Source of the DNA: Gammaproteobacteria bacterium
Lineage (GTDB): Bacteria > Pseudomonadota > Gammaproteobacteria > Steroidobacterales > JABDKV01
Reading direction: 5' to 3'
NCBI GenBank assembly: GCA_024638445.1
Contig: JAHEKH010000004.1
Location: 1 to 63,067, forward strand
Length of the DNA: 63,067 nucleotides
Positions 1-9,478 of this stretch are shown here, one piece after another. The notes under the pieces were generated by a model. It made no database searches and was not told the DNA's origin. It was given only the letters and a program-made list of their open reading frames with translations. The position numbers and the translations under genes were made by a program. How positions within the stretch are numbered: position 1 is the first letter of the stretch; the number at the start of each line of letters is the position of its first letter.

Positions 1-6
1 TAACTT

Positions 7-145
7 CGGTGCCGGGCACTGACTATTTCTGACTATTTTGATGTTTTACATCCGGCACTACTATAGCCGAACCAGGCATCTTCAGGCGTTGTGCTGCATC
101 CGCTGTGGCCCCAGCGATCGTGAGTTTAGTCAGTGCCCGGCACCG
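7..145. repeat. 139-bp segment bounded by perfect 19-bp inverted repeats (REPIN/MITE-like)
   Basis: cggtgccgggcactgacta (7-25) is the exact reverse complement of tagtcagtgcccggcaccg (127-145). Confidence 0.8.
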
Positions 146-155
146 GAGCGGAGCG

Positions 156-521
156 TCAATTACAGCGTGAAGTCAGTCCGATTGCGCCAACATTCAGTCG
201 CGTTCGCCCGACGTCCCAACTCGGTTGTGGCGCACTGGGCCACGTGTGAAAGACCAGGACCTCTTTGTCGGCCAGCGCCTGGTCGAAATGCTGAAACCCT
301 GACGCATCGCCGCCGAATTCTGCCTTGCAGCGCCGCGCGACCGATTCCACGGTATCGACGACCCAGTTTTTTTCGTTCACCAGGCGGGATGCGGACGCCA
401 GGGCTTCGGCATCGTTAGACGCGTCTATCCAGGCAACGACATAAGCTCCTCCGACCTCAAGATAATCGCGGGAATTCTCACCCGGCCGGGCTGTGAGCAC
501 GATAACGTAGAGTTCTTTCAT
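156..521 (-). CDS. hypothetical protein (121 aa)
   Basis: ATG-started ORF with globular-protein-like composition, lying between repeat clusters; no motif recognised. Confidence 0.55.
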   Translation of the reverse strand: MKELYVIVLTARPGENSRDYLEVGGAYVVAWIDASNDAEALASASRLVNEKNWVVDTVESVARRCKAEFGGDASGFQHFDQALADKEVLVFHTWPSAPQPSWDVGRTRLNVGAIGLTSRCN

Positions 522-696
522 TTTTCAGCCTTGTATTTCAAGGGATTACCTAAAAATCTAGCTGGGATTCGGCAAAGACACCATGGGGAGAACCCTCACT
601 GGGTCCCACAAATTCACCTATGGGCCAGCGGTGTCGGGAATTGATAATTTCTGACTTTTGATCACCGGCATTGCCGGATCAGTCAATATTCAGGCG

Positions 697-924
697 AAAT
701 GCTGCTGCGCAGGGAGCAGGGCGGACATCAGTTTCCAGACCGGGGACAGTCCCGTTAGTCAGTGCCCGGCACCATGGTCTTTGGTCTTAGTCAGTGCCCG
801 GTACCGTGGTCACGGTTAGTCAGTGCCCGGTACCGTGGTCAAATGCTTCTGCGCAGAGAGCAGAGCGGACATCAGTTTCCAGACCGGGCGACAGTCCCGT
901 TAGTCAGTGCCCGGCACCGTGGTC
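697..924 (+). repeat. composite direct-repeat cluster of a 25-bp unit plus an ~84-bp duplication
   Basis: ttagtcagtgcccggYaccRtggtc at 755-779, 787-811, 816-840 and 900-924; 697-779 is nearly duplicated at 841-924; same core as the 7-145 inverted repeats. Confidence 0.9.
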
Positions 925-2368
925 AGGCTTCCTGCGCGGCGGCGACGAGGTCGCTGCCGACGACGCGGGAAAGGACGCGGTGGTCCATGGTGGAGACCAG
1001 CTTGTCGAGCGTGCCGCCTTCTTCGGCTGCGAGGACCTTGCGGCCGTCGTCCCAGGTGACCCGGAGTTCGCCCTCAGTCGCGGGGATGTGACGCTCGACG
1101 ACCAGCGTGGCGACGCGGGCGTTTTCGCGTCTCCATTCGCGGCTGGGGCCGCCGGCGGCGGGACGCAGTTCGAGACGGGCGGCCTCCAGGTCGTTGGCTG
1201 CGTCGACCAGCGCGAGCCACACCGTGTCAAAGTCCTGGGCGGTTGCCGCGGTGCGGGTAAAGCGGCGGTGGGTGCGGCGCAGGACCATGTTGCGCTCGCG
1301 TGTGCGCTTGATTTTCCGCCGGTCGAAGACGAAGCCGCCGACGCGGTGGATGAAAAGACAGATGGCCAGGATCGCTGCGCCGAAAACAGACGCGCTGAGG
1401 ATGCCGTTGGTCAGCGTTACCGTCATCGCGAACATCGCGCAGGCGGCACAGATCAGGTACAGGAACAAAACCGCCGAGCGATGACTCAGGCCCATGTCGA
1501 GCAGCTTGTGGTGTATATGTTCGCGGTCGCCCTGGAATGGGTGCTGCCCGCGAACCAGCCTGCGACCGAAGGCCAGCAGCGTGTCGAGAATCGGCAGGGC
1601 CAAAGCCAGCACCGGGGTAAGCAACGCCACGGTTGCCGCGCCCTTGGTGCTGGTCTGCAGCGAAGTCGCGGCGATTACGTAGCCGAGGAACAGGCTGCCT
1701 GTGTCACCCATGAAGATGCTGGCCGGGTTGAAGTTGAACACCAGGAAACCGATGAGGGCGCCGGCGAGCGCCGCCATGAACAGCATCATCAGCAGGTTGC
1801 CGTTGGCAAACGCCAGGGCGAACAGCGTTGCGGCAGCGAAGATGCCAACACCGGCGGCGAGACCGTCCAGCCCGTCGATGAGGTTCAGCGCATTGATCAG
1901 TCCGACGATCCACAGCACCGTCAGCGGGAACGCATAGACGCCCAGCGCCAGCTCGGCGCCGAACGGCAGCGAGATCACCTCGACGCGGAAACCGACGCCG
2001 TAAAGCATGATGGCAACCGCAACCTGGATTGCGAATTTCTCCACCGCGCCCACACCGACAAGGTCGTCGTAAATGCCTAGCAGAACGATAGGAATGCCGC
2101 CCAGCAGCAGCCCTGCCGCCATGGCCGGATCACCGGTGAACAGGCCGCCGGTTTCGCTGTCGACCAGGAAAAGGCCAACCAGCGGCAGGTAGAACGCTAT
2201 GACAATCGCGATACCACCGAGCCGGGGTATCGATTCCTTGTGAATCTTGCGGAAACTGGTATTGGGCGCTTCGACCGAACCGAAACGCTTCGCCGTATCG
2301 CGAACGAGCGGGGTTAACGCCAGGGCACAAGCCAGCGCCAGCAGGAAAGCTGTGGGAATGACAATCAT
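923..2368 (-). CDS. wecA: MraY/WecA-family undecaprenyl-phosphate GlcNAc-1-phosphate transferase with C-terminal extension
   Basis: PRLGGIAI, GIYDD, NALNLIDGLDGLA, FNFNPASIFMGDTG and DREHIHH motifs; many TM helices. Confidence 0.88.
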   Translation of the reverse strand: MIVIPTAFLLALACALALTPLVRDTAKRFGSVEAPNTSFRKIHKESIPRLGGIAIVIAFYLPLVGLFLVDSETGGLFTGDPAMAAGLLLGGIPIVLLGIYDDLVGVGAVEKFAIQVAVAIMLYGVGFRVEVISLPFGAELALGVYAFPLTVLWIVGLINALNLIDGLDGLAAGVGIFAAATLFALAFANGNLLMMLFMAALAGALIGFLVFNFNPASIFMGDTGSLFLGYVIAATSLQTSTKGAATVALLTPVLALALPILDTLLAFGRRLVRGQHPFQGDREHIHHKLLDMGLSHRSAVLFLYLICAACAMFAMTVTLTNGILSASVFGAAILAICLFIHRVGGFVFDRRKIKRTRERNMVLRRTHRRFTRTAATAQDFDTVWLALVDAANDLEAARLELRPAAGGPSREWRRENARVATLVVERHIPATEGELRVTWDDGRKVLAAEEGGTLDKLVSTMDHRVLSRVVGSDLVAAAQEA

Positions 2369-3588
2369 GACGCCAAGAGCTGTTTAAATAGTTGGATGTA
2401 ACGTCCTGTAGCCTGGCTGCGGTCGTGCCGGTTGACCGCGGCCTGGCGTGCCTTCTGTCCCATCTGGATGGCACGAGGCCGGTTAAGATACAGTTCGCTT
2501 ACTGCGTCTGCAATCCCTTGAGCCTGTTCAGGTTCTGTCACAAGTCCGGCCTCCTCATTGCGCAAGACACGGGCCACTTCGCCGTCCGTCGGCACCGCGG
2601 CCACCGCGGGACGGCCGCTGGCGAGGATTCCGTAGAGCTTTGACGGCACTACCAGCCCCGTGGCCGACCGCCGCTGCAGGATCAGCGCCACGTCGGCAGC
2701 CGACAGCGACTCGGCCAGGTTCTCCTTGTCCTGATACGGCAGGAAACGCACATTCTTCAGTCCGCGCTGCCGAACCTGCTGTTCCACCTCGCTCCGGGCC
2801 GGTCCCTCGCCGACGATTACCAGCACCAGGTCGTCGAGTCCGGCAAGCCGTGCGGCCACGTCCGGCAGGATTTCAACGCCATGGGCCCGGCCCAGGTTGC
2901 CGGAATACATGACAACGAACCTGCCGTTTAGACCGTGTTCAGTTCGGAAGCGATTCTCGCGTTCCAGGGGCACGATGGCCGACGTATCGGCCCAGTTGCC
3001 GATGACCTCGATATTGTCCAGCGTCGGATCGGACGCCTGCACCCGGCGGCGCATGTCGTCACCGATGACGACCACCCGGTCGGCACGGCGCCGCAGCCCG
3101 CGCTCGATTCGACGGCTGACGGAGGTGACCGGCCCTTCGCCCAGCACACCCAGCGCCTGGCCCAGCTCGGGGTAGACGTCCTGCAGGTTGTAGACGAAGC
3201 GGCGTCCCGGCAGCCACGCCAGCACCCGGGCGAGTACACCGGCCAGCAGGGGCGGCGTGGACTGAGCAAAGACGATATCCACCTTGCGCAGGAACAGCGC
3301 CCGAAAACCCGCCGCCATGAAGTAGCCGGCGAACGGCAGCAGGCGTGACCAGACGCCACGCCGGCCAGTGCGCGGCACACCCAGCCAGTGGATTTCCACG
3401 CCGTTCCGCAGCTCTTTCTGCAGCAGCCGGTAGCCGCCGCCCGCTGACTGGTCGAGATAACTGGGCCGGGAAGCGAGAACCACTGGCTGATAGCCGGCGG
3501 CCGCCAGGTCCTCGGCCAGTTCGGCCACCAGCTGACCGGTGGCCGCCACGTCAGGAGGATAGTGCGGTGACAGGATAAGCACACGCAT
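2365..3588 (-). CDS. glycosyltransferase family 4 (WbuB-like)
   Basis: MRVLILSPHYPPD start, QDVYPE, YSGNLG, PSKLYGILASGRP; ORF is open upstream to 3777, so the start is uncertain; 4-nt overlap with wecA. Confidence 0.88.
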   Translation of the reverse strand: MRVLILSPHYPPDVAATGQLVAELAEDLAAAGYQPVVLASRPSYLDQSAGGGYRLLQKELRNGVEIHWLGVPRTGRRGVWSRLLPFAGYFMAAGFRALFLRKVDIVFAQSTPPLLAGVLARVLAWLPGRRFVYNLQDVYPELGQALGVLGEGPVTSVSRRIERGLRRRADRVVVIGDDMRRRVQASDPTLDNIEVIGNWADTSAIVPLERENRFRTEHGLNGRFVVMYSGNLGRAHGVEILPDVAARLAGLDDLVLVIVGEGPARSEVEQQVRQRGLKNVRFLPYQDKENLAESLSAADVALILQRRSATGLVVPSKLYGILASGRPAVAAVPTDGEVARVLRNEEAGLVTEPEQAQGIADAVSELYLNRPRAIQMGQKARQAAVNRHDRSQATGRYIQLFKQLLAS

Positions 3589-3975
3589 GGATTGCCGGGC
3601 ACTCCTCTGAAGTGTCGGGTTGCCGTCGATGACCTTAAAATCGCGCGTCACTGGCCGCCGTAGCCGGGTGCGGACAGGCGAGTGTAAAGGAATTAACGCC
3701 GCCGGCGGCTGTGGGCCGCGGCCGGACCGTTGCGAACCGGCCTTGACCGGCCGGCCGGGTGCGCCCTGCTCTTGCATTCTGCTGGCTTCTTGTTCCCTGT
3801 CGAAGGGCGTAAGTTAGCCGCCCATCCCCCGTCGAACTGTGACGGGGGTCACAGGCAACGCTTAAATTGCTTGCAGCTCAGGTAGTTGCTCCGCTCCGGG
3901 AGGCTTTCGGGACGAATCCGGGTGCAACGGGTATCATTTGGCGCCCGATTGACCCCCAGCTACAGGAACAACGAT

Positions 3976-5673
3976 ATGCGCTTCGCCCGCTACCTGCCCC
4001 TCGCCCTCGCCTTCCTCATCACTGGCTGCGAACAGGGCAGCGACCCTGCCGAACCGGTGAAGTCCGCGGAAAGCCCTGCCTCTGCGACGGCAACGGCCGG
4101 AACCGGCATGGATGCCATCGACGCCGAATCGTATCGCCCGCGGGTCAAAACACTCGCCTCGGACGAGTTCGAGGGACGCGCGCCGTTCACCGAGGGCGAG
4201 AAGAAGACCATCGAATTTCTCCGCGAGGAGTTTGCCGGGGCAGGTTTGCAGCCCGGTAACGGCGACAGCTGGTACCAGGAGGTTCCGCTGGTCGAAATTA
4301 CGGCGACTGAAACGAGCGCCGTTTTCGAATCCGACGTCGAACGGCCACTGGAACTGGGCGAGGATTCGGTTATCTGGACCAAGCGGGTCACCGATGAAGT
4401 CGAGCTCAGCGACAGCGAAGTGGTCTTCGTCGGCTATGGCATCGTCGCGCCGGAGTACGACTGGAACGACTACGAGGGTCTCGACGTCGCCGGCAAAACG
4501 GTCGTCATGCTGGTGAACGATCCCGGCTATGCGACCCAGGATGCAAAGCTGTTTAACGGCAACGCAATGACGTATTATGGCCGCTGGACCTACAAGTACG
4601 AAGAAGCCGCGCGCCAGGGCGCCGCCGGCGCAATCGTTATCCATGAAACCGGCCCGGCCGGTTATCCGTTCGAAGTCGTTACCGGCGGCTGGACCGGGCC
4701 GCAGTTCGACCTGGTCGCACCCGACAAGAACTTCTCCCGCCCGGTGATCGAGGGCTGGATCAACAGCAAGCTGGCCGAGGAGATCTTTGCCTCGGCGGCG
4801 ATAACGCTGAACGATGCACGGCGCGAGGCGCTGCACGCCGATTTTCAGCCACGTGCGCTGCCGCTTACGCTCTCGGCGCGCATCACCAACACCTATCGCA
4901 CCTCCACCTCGAACAACGTCGTTGGCCTGCTGCCGGGCACAGATGCTGCCGACGAATACGTGATCTACATGGCGCACTGGGACCACATGGGCCGCGATCC
5001 GTCACTCGAAGGCGACCAGATCTTCAACGGCGCCGTGGACAACGCGACCGGCACCGCGGCTCTCATCGAGATTGCGGAAGCCTTTGCCACGATGGACCCG
5101 CCGCCCCGCCGGTCCATCGTGTTTGCCGCGGTAACGGCCGAGGAATCCGGATTGCTGGGCTCACGTCACTACGGCACCAATCCGATTTATCCGCTGCAGC
5201 AGACTGTCGCAGGGATCAACATGGACGGCCTAAACGTGCATGGCCGCACCCGTGATGTCGCCGTGGTCGGGATGGGGCACTCCGAGCTGGAGCATTACCT
5301 GGAACGCGCGGCGCGCAGGCAGGACCGGACGATCGTCGCGGAGCCGACCCCGGAGAAAGGCTTCTTCTATCGCTCCGATCATTTCAATCTCGCCAAGCAG
5401 GGCGTGCCGGTGCTGTACGCCGAGAGCGGCTTCGACTATCGCGACGGCGGCGCCGCCCGTGGCGCGGAACTGGCGAAAGACTGGATTGCTAACCGCTATC
5501 ACAAGGTCGGCGACGAGTATCGCGAGGACTGGGATTTTTCCGGCGCGATCGAGGATATCCAGCTCTACTACATGATCGGGCGCGAGCTGGCCGCCGGTGA
5601 CGACTGGCCCGAGTGGTTTGCCAGCAGCGAGTTTCGCGCAATTCGCGAAGCCAGCCTGGGCGCTACACGCTGA
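3976..5673 (+). CDS. M28 family aminopeptidase with PA domain, lipoprotein
   Basis: lipobox LITGC; AHWDHMG, GAVDNATG, AEESGLLGS, NMD, RSDH and YH metal-ligand motifs; AGGA RBS before ATG 3976. Confidence 0.93.
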   Translation: MRFARYLPLALAFLITGCEQGSDPAEPVKSAESPASATATAGTGMDAIDAESYRPRVKTLASDEFEGRAPFTEGEKKTIEFLREEFAGAGLQPGNGDSWYQEVPLVEITATETSAVFESDVERPLELGEDSVIWTKRVTDEVELSDSEVVFVGYGIVAPEYDWNDYEGLDVAGKTVVMLVNDPGYATQDAKLFNGNAMTYYGRWTYKYEEAARQGAAGAIVIHETGPAGYPFEVVTGGWTGPQFDLVAPDKNFSRPVIEGWINSKLAEEIFASAAITLNDARREALHADFQPRALPLTLSARITNTYRTSTSNNVVGLLPGTDAADEYVIYMAHWDHMGRDPSLEGDQIFNGAVDNATGTAALIEIAEAFATMDPPPRRSIVFAAVTAEESGLLGSRHYGTNPIYPLQQTVAGINMDGLNVHGRTRDVAVVGMGHSELEHYLERAARRQDRTIVAEPTPEKGFFYRSDHFNLAKQGVPVLYAESGFDYRDGGAARGAELAKDWIANRYHKVGDEYREDWDFSGAIEDIQLYYMIGRELAAGDDWPEWFASSEFRAIREASLGATR

Positions 5674-5674
5674 C

Positions 5675-6412
5675 GTGGGCCGGCCGCTCGTCCAGCGGGT
5701 CTATCCGGAACACCGTTTTGGCGGTTTCACCCGCCACGACGGTACCGTGCAGTTCTACACCCGCGTCCAGTCGCTGCTGGCCGTTGGCCAGACAGTGCTG
5801 GATGTCGGCTGTGGGCGCGGCGAGTACCAGGACGATACCAGCGCCTACCGTCGCGGCCTGCGCATCCTGAAGCGCGACGGCCTGAAGGTGATCGGCATCG
5901 ATGTCGACGACGCGGCTTCGGCGAACCCTTATCTCGACGAGTTCAGGCTGATCGAGGATCTCGACACCTGGCCCGTGGAAGACGAATCGGTCGATGTGGT
6001 CGTGTCCGACTACGTGCTGGAGCACGTGGCCAATCCTGACCGGTTTTTTTCAGAGCTGACCCGGGTACTGAAACCCGGCGGGATATTTTGTGCGCGCACG
6101 CCTAACGCGTGGAGCTATGTCGGAATACTCGCGCGCCTCATTCCCAACCGACTGCATGCAAAAGTCACCGGGTTCGCCCAGGAGGGCCGCAAGTCGATCG
6201 ATGTCTTCCCGACGGTTTATGCCTGCAACACCCGGCGCAGCGTGAGCCGCTACCTGCGCGCCAGCGGTCTGGAGCCGGTGGTCTACCGGTTCGAGCCCGA
6301 ACCCACCTATGCGTCGTTTTCCCCGGTGGTTTACCGGCTGACCGCCTGGCTGCACCGCCTGCTGCCGCCACCGTTGCAGTCGCAGCTGATGATTTTTGCC
6401 TCCCGCGCGTGA
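5675..6412 (+). CDS. class I SAM-dependent methyltransferase
   Basis: VLDVGCGRG motif I; VLEHV...RVLKPGG; GTG start just after the upstream stop. Confidence 0.88.
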   Translation: MGRPLVQRVYPEHRFGGFTRHDGTVQFYTRVQSLLAVGQTVLDVGCGRGEYQDDTSAYRRGLRILKRDGLKVIGIDVDDAASANPYLDEFRLIEDLDTWPVEDESVDVVVSDYVLEHVANPDRFFSELTRVLKPGGIFCARTPNAWSYVGILARLIPNRLHAKVTGFAQEGRKSIDVFPTVYACNTRRSVSRYLRASGLEPVVYRFEPEPTYASFSPVVYRLTAWLHRLLPPPLQSQLMIFASRA

Positions 6413-6467
6413 ACCCGCGGCAACTCTGCCGGTCTGAATTTATGCGACATTGCCCGGTGAAAAAACG

Positions 6468-7148
6468 ATGAAAAGCCTCTACTTCCTGCTGCTGGCGGTA
6501 CTGCTGCCGGCAACAGCCCCCGCCGAGGAGTTGGGCGAATGGGCCCGCTTCGTACCCGCCGACCGCCAGGTCACCGCCGAGGTCATGGTCTTCGACGTGC
6601 CTCAGGACATCACGGAAATCTCGATGCGGATCCAGCGGGCTGCGGAAGCCAGGCCGGAATGGTTTCGTGAGTACTCGAAACAGGCAAGACCCGGCCAGGC
6701 GCTTCCCTGGCACGAGAACATGGGTATTACCGAGGCCGAGTACCGGCGGCTGCTGACGGGCGCCCACGAACTCGTGCTGACCAAGGCCGGCGACGTGGAC
6801 ATCGTGTTTACCGTCACGGATGACGCCGTCACGCTGTCGGGGCTGCCGATGGCGCCGCCCCACGACACGCTAACCTATACGCCGCGTGACAATGCCGTGC
6901 GCACGGCTTACGGGGTGCTGACCGACAGCCGGCCCATGGAGGCGAACCAGGGCCTGCCCGAGGGCCAGTGGGAAGGCCTGCAGTGGCGCATGGTGCGTAC
7001 GACCGGACCGCGGGGACCGGCCAACGTGAAGCTGGCGATAGGACAACAGGCGGGCAAAAAGCTGCGGATGATCTACCTCGATGTGAACATCCAGCAGGAC
7101 GGCATTCCCGACCGGTTCAACTACGTGCTGCTCTACGAGGGCGACTGA
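6468..7148 (+). CDS. exported hypothetical protein
   Basis: signal peptide MKSLYFLLLAVLLPATAPA; operon-like spacing. Confidence 0.7.
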   Translation: MKSLYFLLLAVLLPATAPAEELGEWARFVPADRQVTAEVMVFDVPQDITEISMRIQRAAEARPEWFREYSKQARPGQALPWHENMGITEAEYRRLLTGAHELVLTKAGDVDIVFTVTDDAVTLSGLPMAPPHDTLTYTPRDNAVRTAYGVLTDSRPMEANQGLPEGQWEGLQWRMVRTTGPRGPANVKLAIGQQAGKKLRMIYLDVNIQQDGIPDRFNYVLLYEGD

Positions 7149-7663
7149 TGCCCCGGTGGATTGCCGCCATGGTGTTCGTCCTGGCTGCCGGCGTCACGGC
7201 TGCGGATGATCCGGGTTTCGACTGCGAGATCATGACCACGGCCTACGAGAACCTGGAGCGGGGCTGTTTCACTGCGCAACGTGAACTGCGAATCACGCTG
7301 AACGACAAGCTGCGGGTGCACGAGTTTGCCCGGATCGATTACCGGGCCGGGAAGCTCGAAGTGGATATTCTCGAACGGCCCGTAGACGACAAGAACATGG
7401 GTGCGGAAGGAGACAGCGACATGGCCCTGTCGATTCCCTTCAGCTGCGCGACCCTGGCAAAGACGGATGACCATACCTTCGAACTGACCGGCACCGGGGA
7501 CCCGGAACGGGTCACCTTCGACTATCGTCCGGAGACCCTGGTGCTCATGCCCCGGCGCTGGTTTTTCGAAACTACAGAGCGCTTCCTGTTCAGGAAATTC
7601 CGCATTCATGCCGAAGCCGTATACAGCGACGTCGAATACACCGGCTGCGTGACCAGCCCCTAG
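7148..7663 (+). CDS. exported hypothetical protein
   Basis: TGATG stop/start coupling at 7146-7150; signal peptide MPRWIAAMVFVLAAGVTA. Confidence 0.7.
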   Translation: MPRWIAAMVFVLAAGVTAADDPGFDCEIMTTAYENLERGCFTAQRELRITLNDKLRVHEFARIDYRAGKLEVDILERPVDDKNMGAEGDSDMALSIPFSCATLAKTDDHTFELTGTGDPERVTFDYRPETLVLMPRRWFFETTERFLFRKFRIHAEAVYSDVEYTGCVTSP

Positions 7664-7751
7664 ACCCCGCCGGCCGCACCCGGTGACGCTGCCGGCGCGC
7701 AGCGAAACCGTTATATTGTGTCGGCCCACCACCCGGGACGGAGTAACCGAC

Positions 7752-8603
7752 TTGGATAACCTTTTTCTCGACAGCCTGCGGGAGAGTTGGCAGCAGTTCG
7801 TCGTTGCAGCACCGCGTTTCGCGCTGGCCCTGGCGGTCCTGGCCGCTTTCTGGATTTTCGGGCGACTGATGGCACGCGGATTGAGGGCGCTGCTGGACCG
7901 CAGCGATCTCGCCGAAGCTCACCTCGGGTTTTTTCGCCGGCTGGTAACCTGGATTTTTGTGCTGATTGGCGCCGCCGTGGCGCTGGACATCATTGGACTC
8001 AGCGGCGCGGCCAGTGGTCTGCTTGCCGGCGGTGGTATTACCGCCGTGGTGCTGGGTTTTGCGTTTCGCGAAATCGGCGAGAATTTCCTGGCCGGATTTT
8101 TCCTGGCTTTTAGCCGCCCCTTCAACCTCGGTGACCTGATCGAGTCGAATGGTCTGCAGGGTGTCGTCAGGGAAATCTCGCTACGATCGACGCACATTCG
8201 GTCGGCGGACGGTCGCGATATCTACATTCCCAGCAGCAAGATATTCAAAGAACCCCTGATCAACTTCACCCGCGACGGGTTGCGACGCCATAATTTTTCG
8301 ATTGGTGTTGCCTATTCCGAAGACATCGACAGAGTATGTGGCCTGCTGCTGCGCACCGTCATCGAAAGCGGTTACGTGCTGGAAAAGCCCGGGCCTTTTG
8401 CCGGGATTACCAACTTCCAGACCGCATTTGTGGAAGTGACGGTGCGAGTCTGGGTCGATGCGTTCAATCCGCCCCCGGACGTGTCCGATTCGCGATCGGC
8501 CATCATGTCGCTGTGTCGCCGGGCACTGGTCGAGGCGGGCTATACGCTGAGTTCCGACGTCAGCCAGGCGATCGAGCTGGTCAACAAGCCGCCGGCGAGC
8601 TAG
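7752..8603 (+). CDS. small-conductance mechanosensitive channel (MscS family)
   Basis: TM helices then LGFAFREIGENFLAG, RPFNLGDLIE, GVVREISLRSTHIR; GGAG RBS before TTG 7752. Confidence 0.9.
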   Translation: MDNLFLDSLRESWQQFVVAAPRFALALAVLAAFWIFGRLMARGLRALLDRSDLAEAHLGFFRRLVTWIFVLIGAAVALDIIGLSGAASGLLAGGGITAVVLGFAFREIGENFLAGFFLAFSRPFNLGDLIESNGLQGVVREISLRSTHIRSADGRDIYIPSSKIFKEPLINFTRDGLRRHNFSIGVAYSEDIDRVCGLLLRTVIESGYVLEKPGPFAGITNFQTAFVEVTVRVWVDAFNPPPDVSDSRSAIMSLCRRALVEAGYTLSSDVSQAIELVNKPPAS

Positions 8604-9310
8604 TCGCCAGCACCACCGGTACGCACGTAGAAACCCTCGAACCAGGGATTCCAGGTATCTTTCGCCGCGTCATGCTGCTCGAAGAACTGACGCACGCGGC
8701 CGTCTTCCAGCGGCGTCCAGGTGCCCCGGAATCCGGCTTCCTGCCCGGTTCCCGGGTAAAACACCCGCCCTGCCATGACCATGGAGCCGTCGATCAGCCC
8801 GCCCTCGATGTCGATGATCAGGCCGGTGGCGCTGACCCAGTGCTGGCGCCACTTGTCCTTGCTCGCATCGTAATAATTCAGGCTGCGCCCGGTGATGCCG
8901 CTGGAGCCGGTCCACAGTTCCTCCAGCACGCAGCCGTTTTCTCTCACCGTAATGGAGTTGCTGCCGGCCTTCTGGCCATCGCCGGTAAACACATCCCACT
9001 GGCCGGCCCAGAAATCGAAATCACCGTAATGCCTGCCTTCCTCGCAGGGAAACACGTTGTTTCGCACGCGCGCGAGCACTTTGGCGAAACGCGGGTCTTC
9101 CCGCAGTGCCTCGAATTCATTGGCGCCACGAATCTGCTGCAGACCGCGAAATCCGGCGGCAGCGGCCTTTTCGAGCGCCGCCAGCGCCGCATCGTTGTCG
9201 CCGGCTGTCGCCAGCGTTTTGGCTTCACCGAAGAGCCCGGCCGGCGGCGTCTGGGCAACGGCTGTGGCCAGCGCGAGCAGCAGTGCAAACGCAATCAGGC
9301 ATGATTTCAC
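8600..9310 (-). CDS. exported protein with TPR-like N-terminus and DUF1579-like C-terminal domain
   Basis: signal peptide after GTG 9310; ALAALEKA..AGF..LREDPRF helix motif; FDFWAGQWDV...W.Q.W; the upstream ORF extension is an antisense shadow of the next gene. Confidence 0.7.
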   Translation of the reverse strand: MKSCLIAFALLLALATAVAQTPPAGLFGEAKTLATAGDNDAALAALEKAAAAGFRGLQQIRGANEFEALREDPRFAKVLARVRNNVFPCEEGRHYGDFDFWAGQWDVFTGDGQKAGSNSITVRENGCVLEELWTGSSGITGRSLNYYDASKDKWRQHWVSATGLIIDIEGGLIDGSMVMAGRVFYPGTGQEAGFRGTWTPLEDGRVRQFFEQHDAAKDTWNPWFEGFYVRTGGAGD

Positions 9311-9478
9311 GGCTTTTTCCCTTTTTCGGCTACTGCGGTTGGAGGCAGGCGGGCCGGAAAAGTTCGGGTATCCGGCCTGTCCGGAGTCTCGCACGACCGG
9401 GCCGGCGGCGGCAAAATCGACTCGATCCGGAGTGTCCGGGCAGGGCACAATCGGGCGTGGCATCACGCGGTAGGACCG

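Noticed and set aside
180-235. attC site after the orphan ORF
   Set aside because: Only a weak gcgccacaac/gttggcgc inverted match; no proper R/L boxes and no integrase.
755-924. Mini-CRISPR of 25-bp repeats
   Set aside because: Gaps are 7, 4 and 59 bp, and the long gap is itself a duplication.
794-2080. Long antisense ORFs (also 3934-4986, 17262-18383, 25868-27097, 51997-53151, 56336-57667, 60416-61546)
   Set aside because: Shadow frames of well-supported genes, as expected in high-GC DNA; no motifs of their own.
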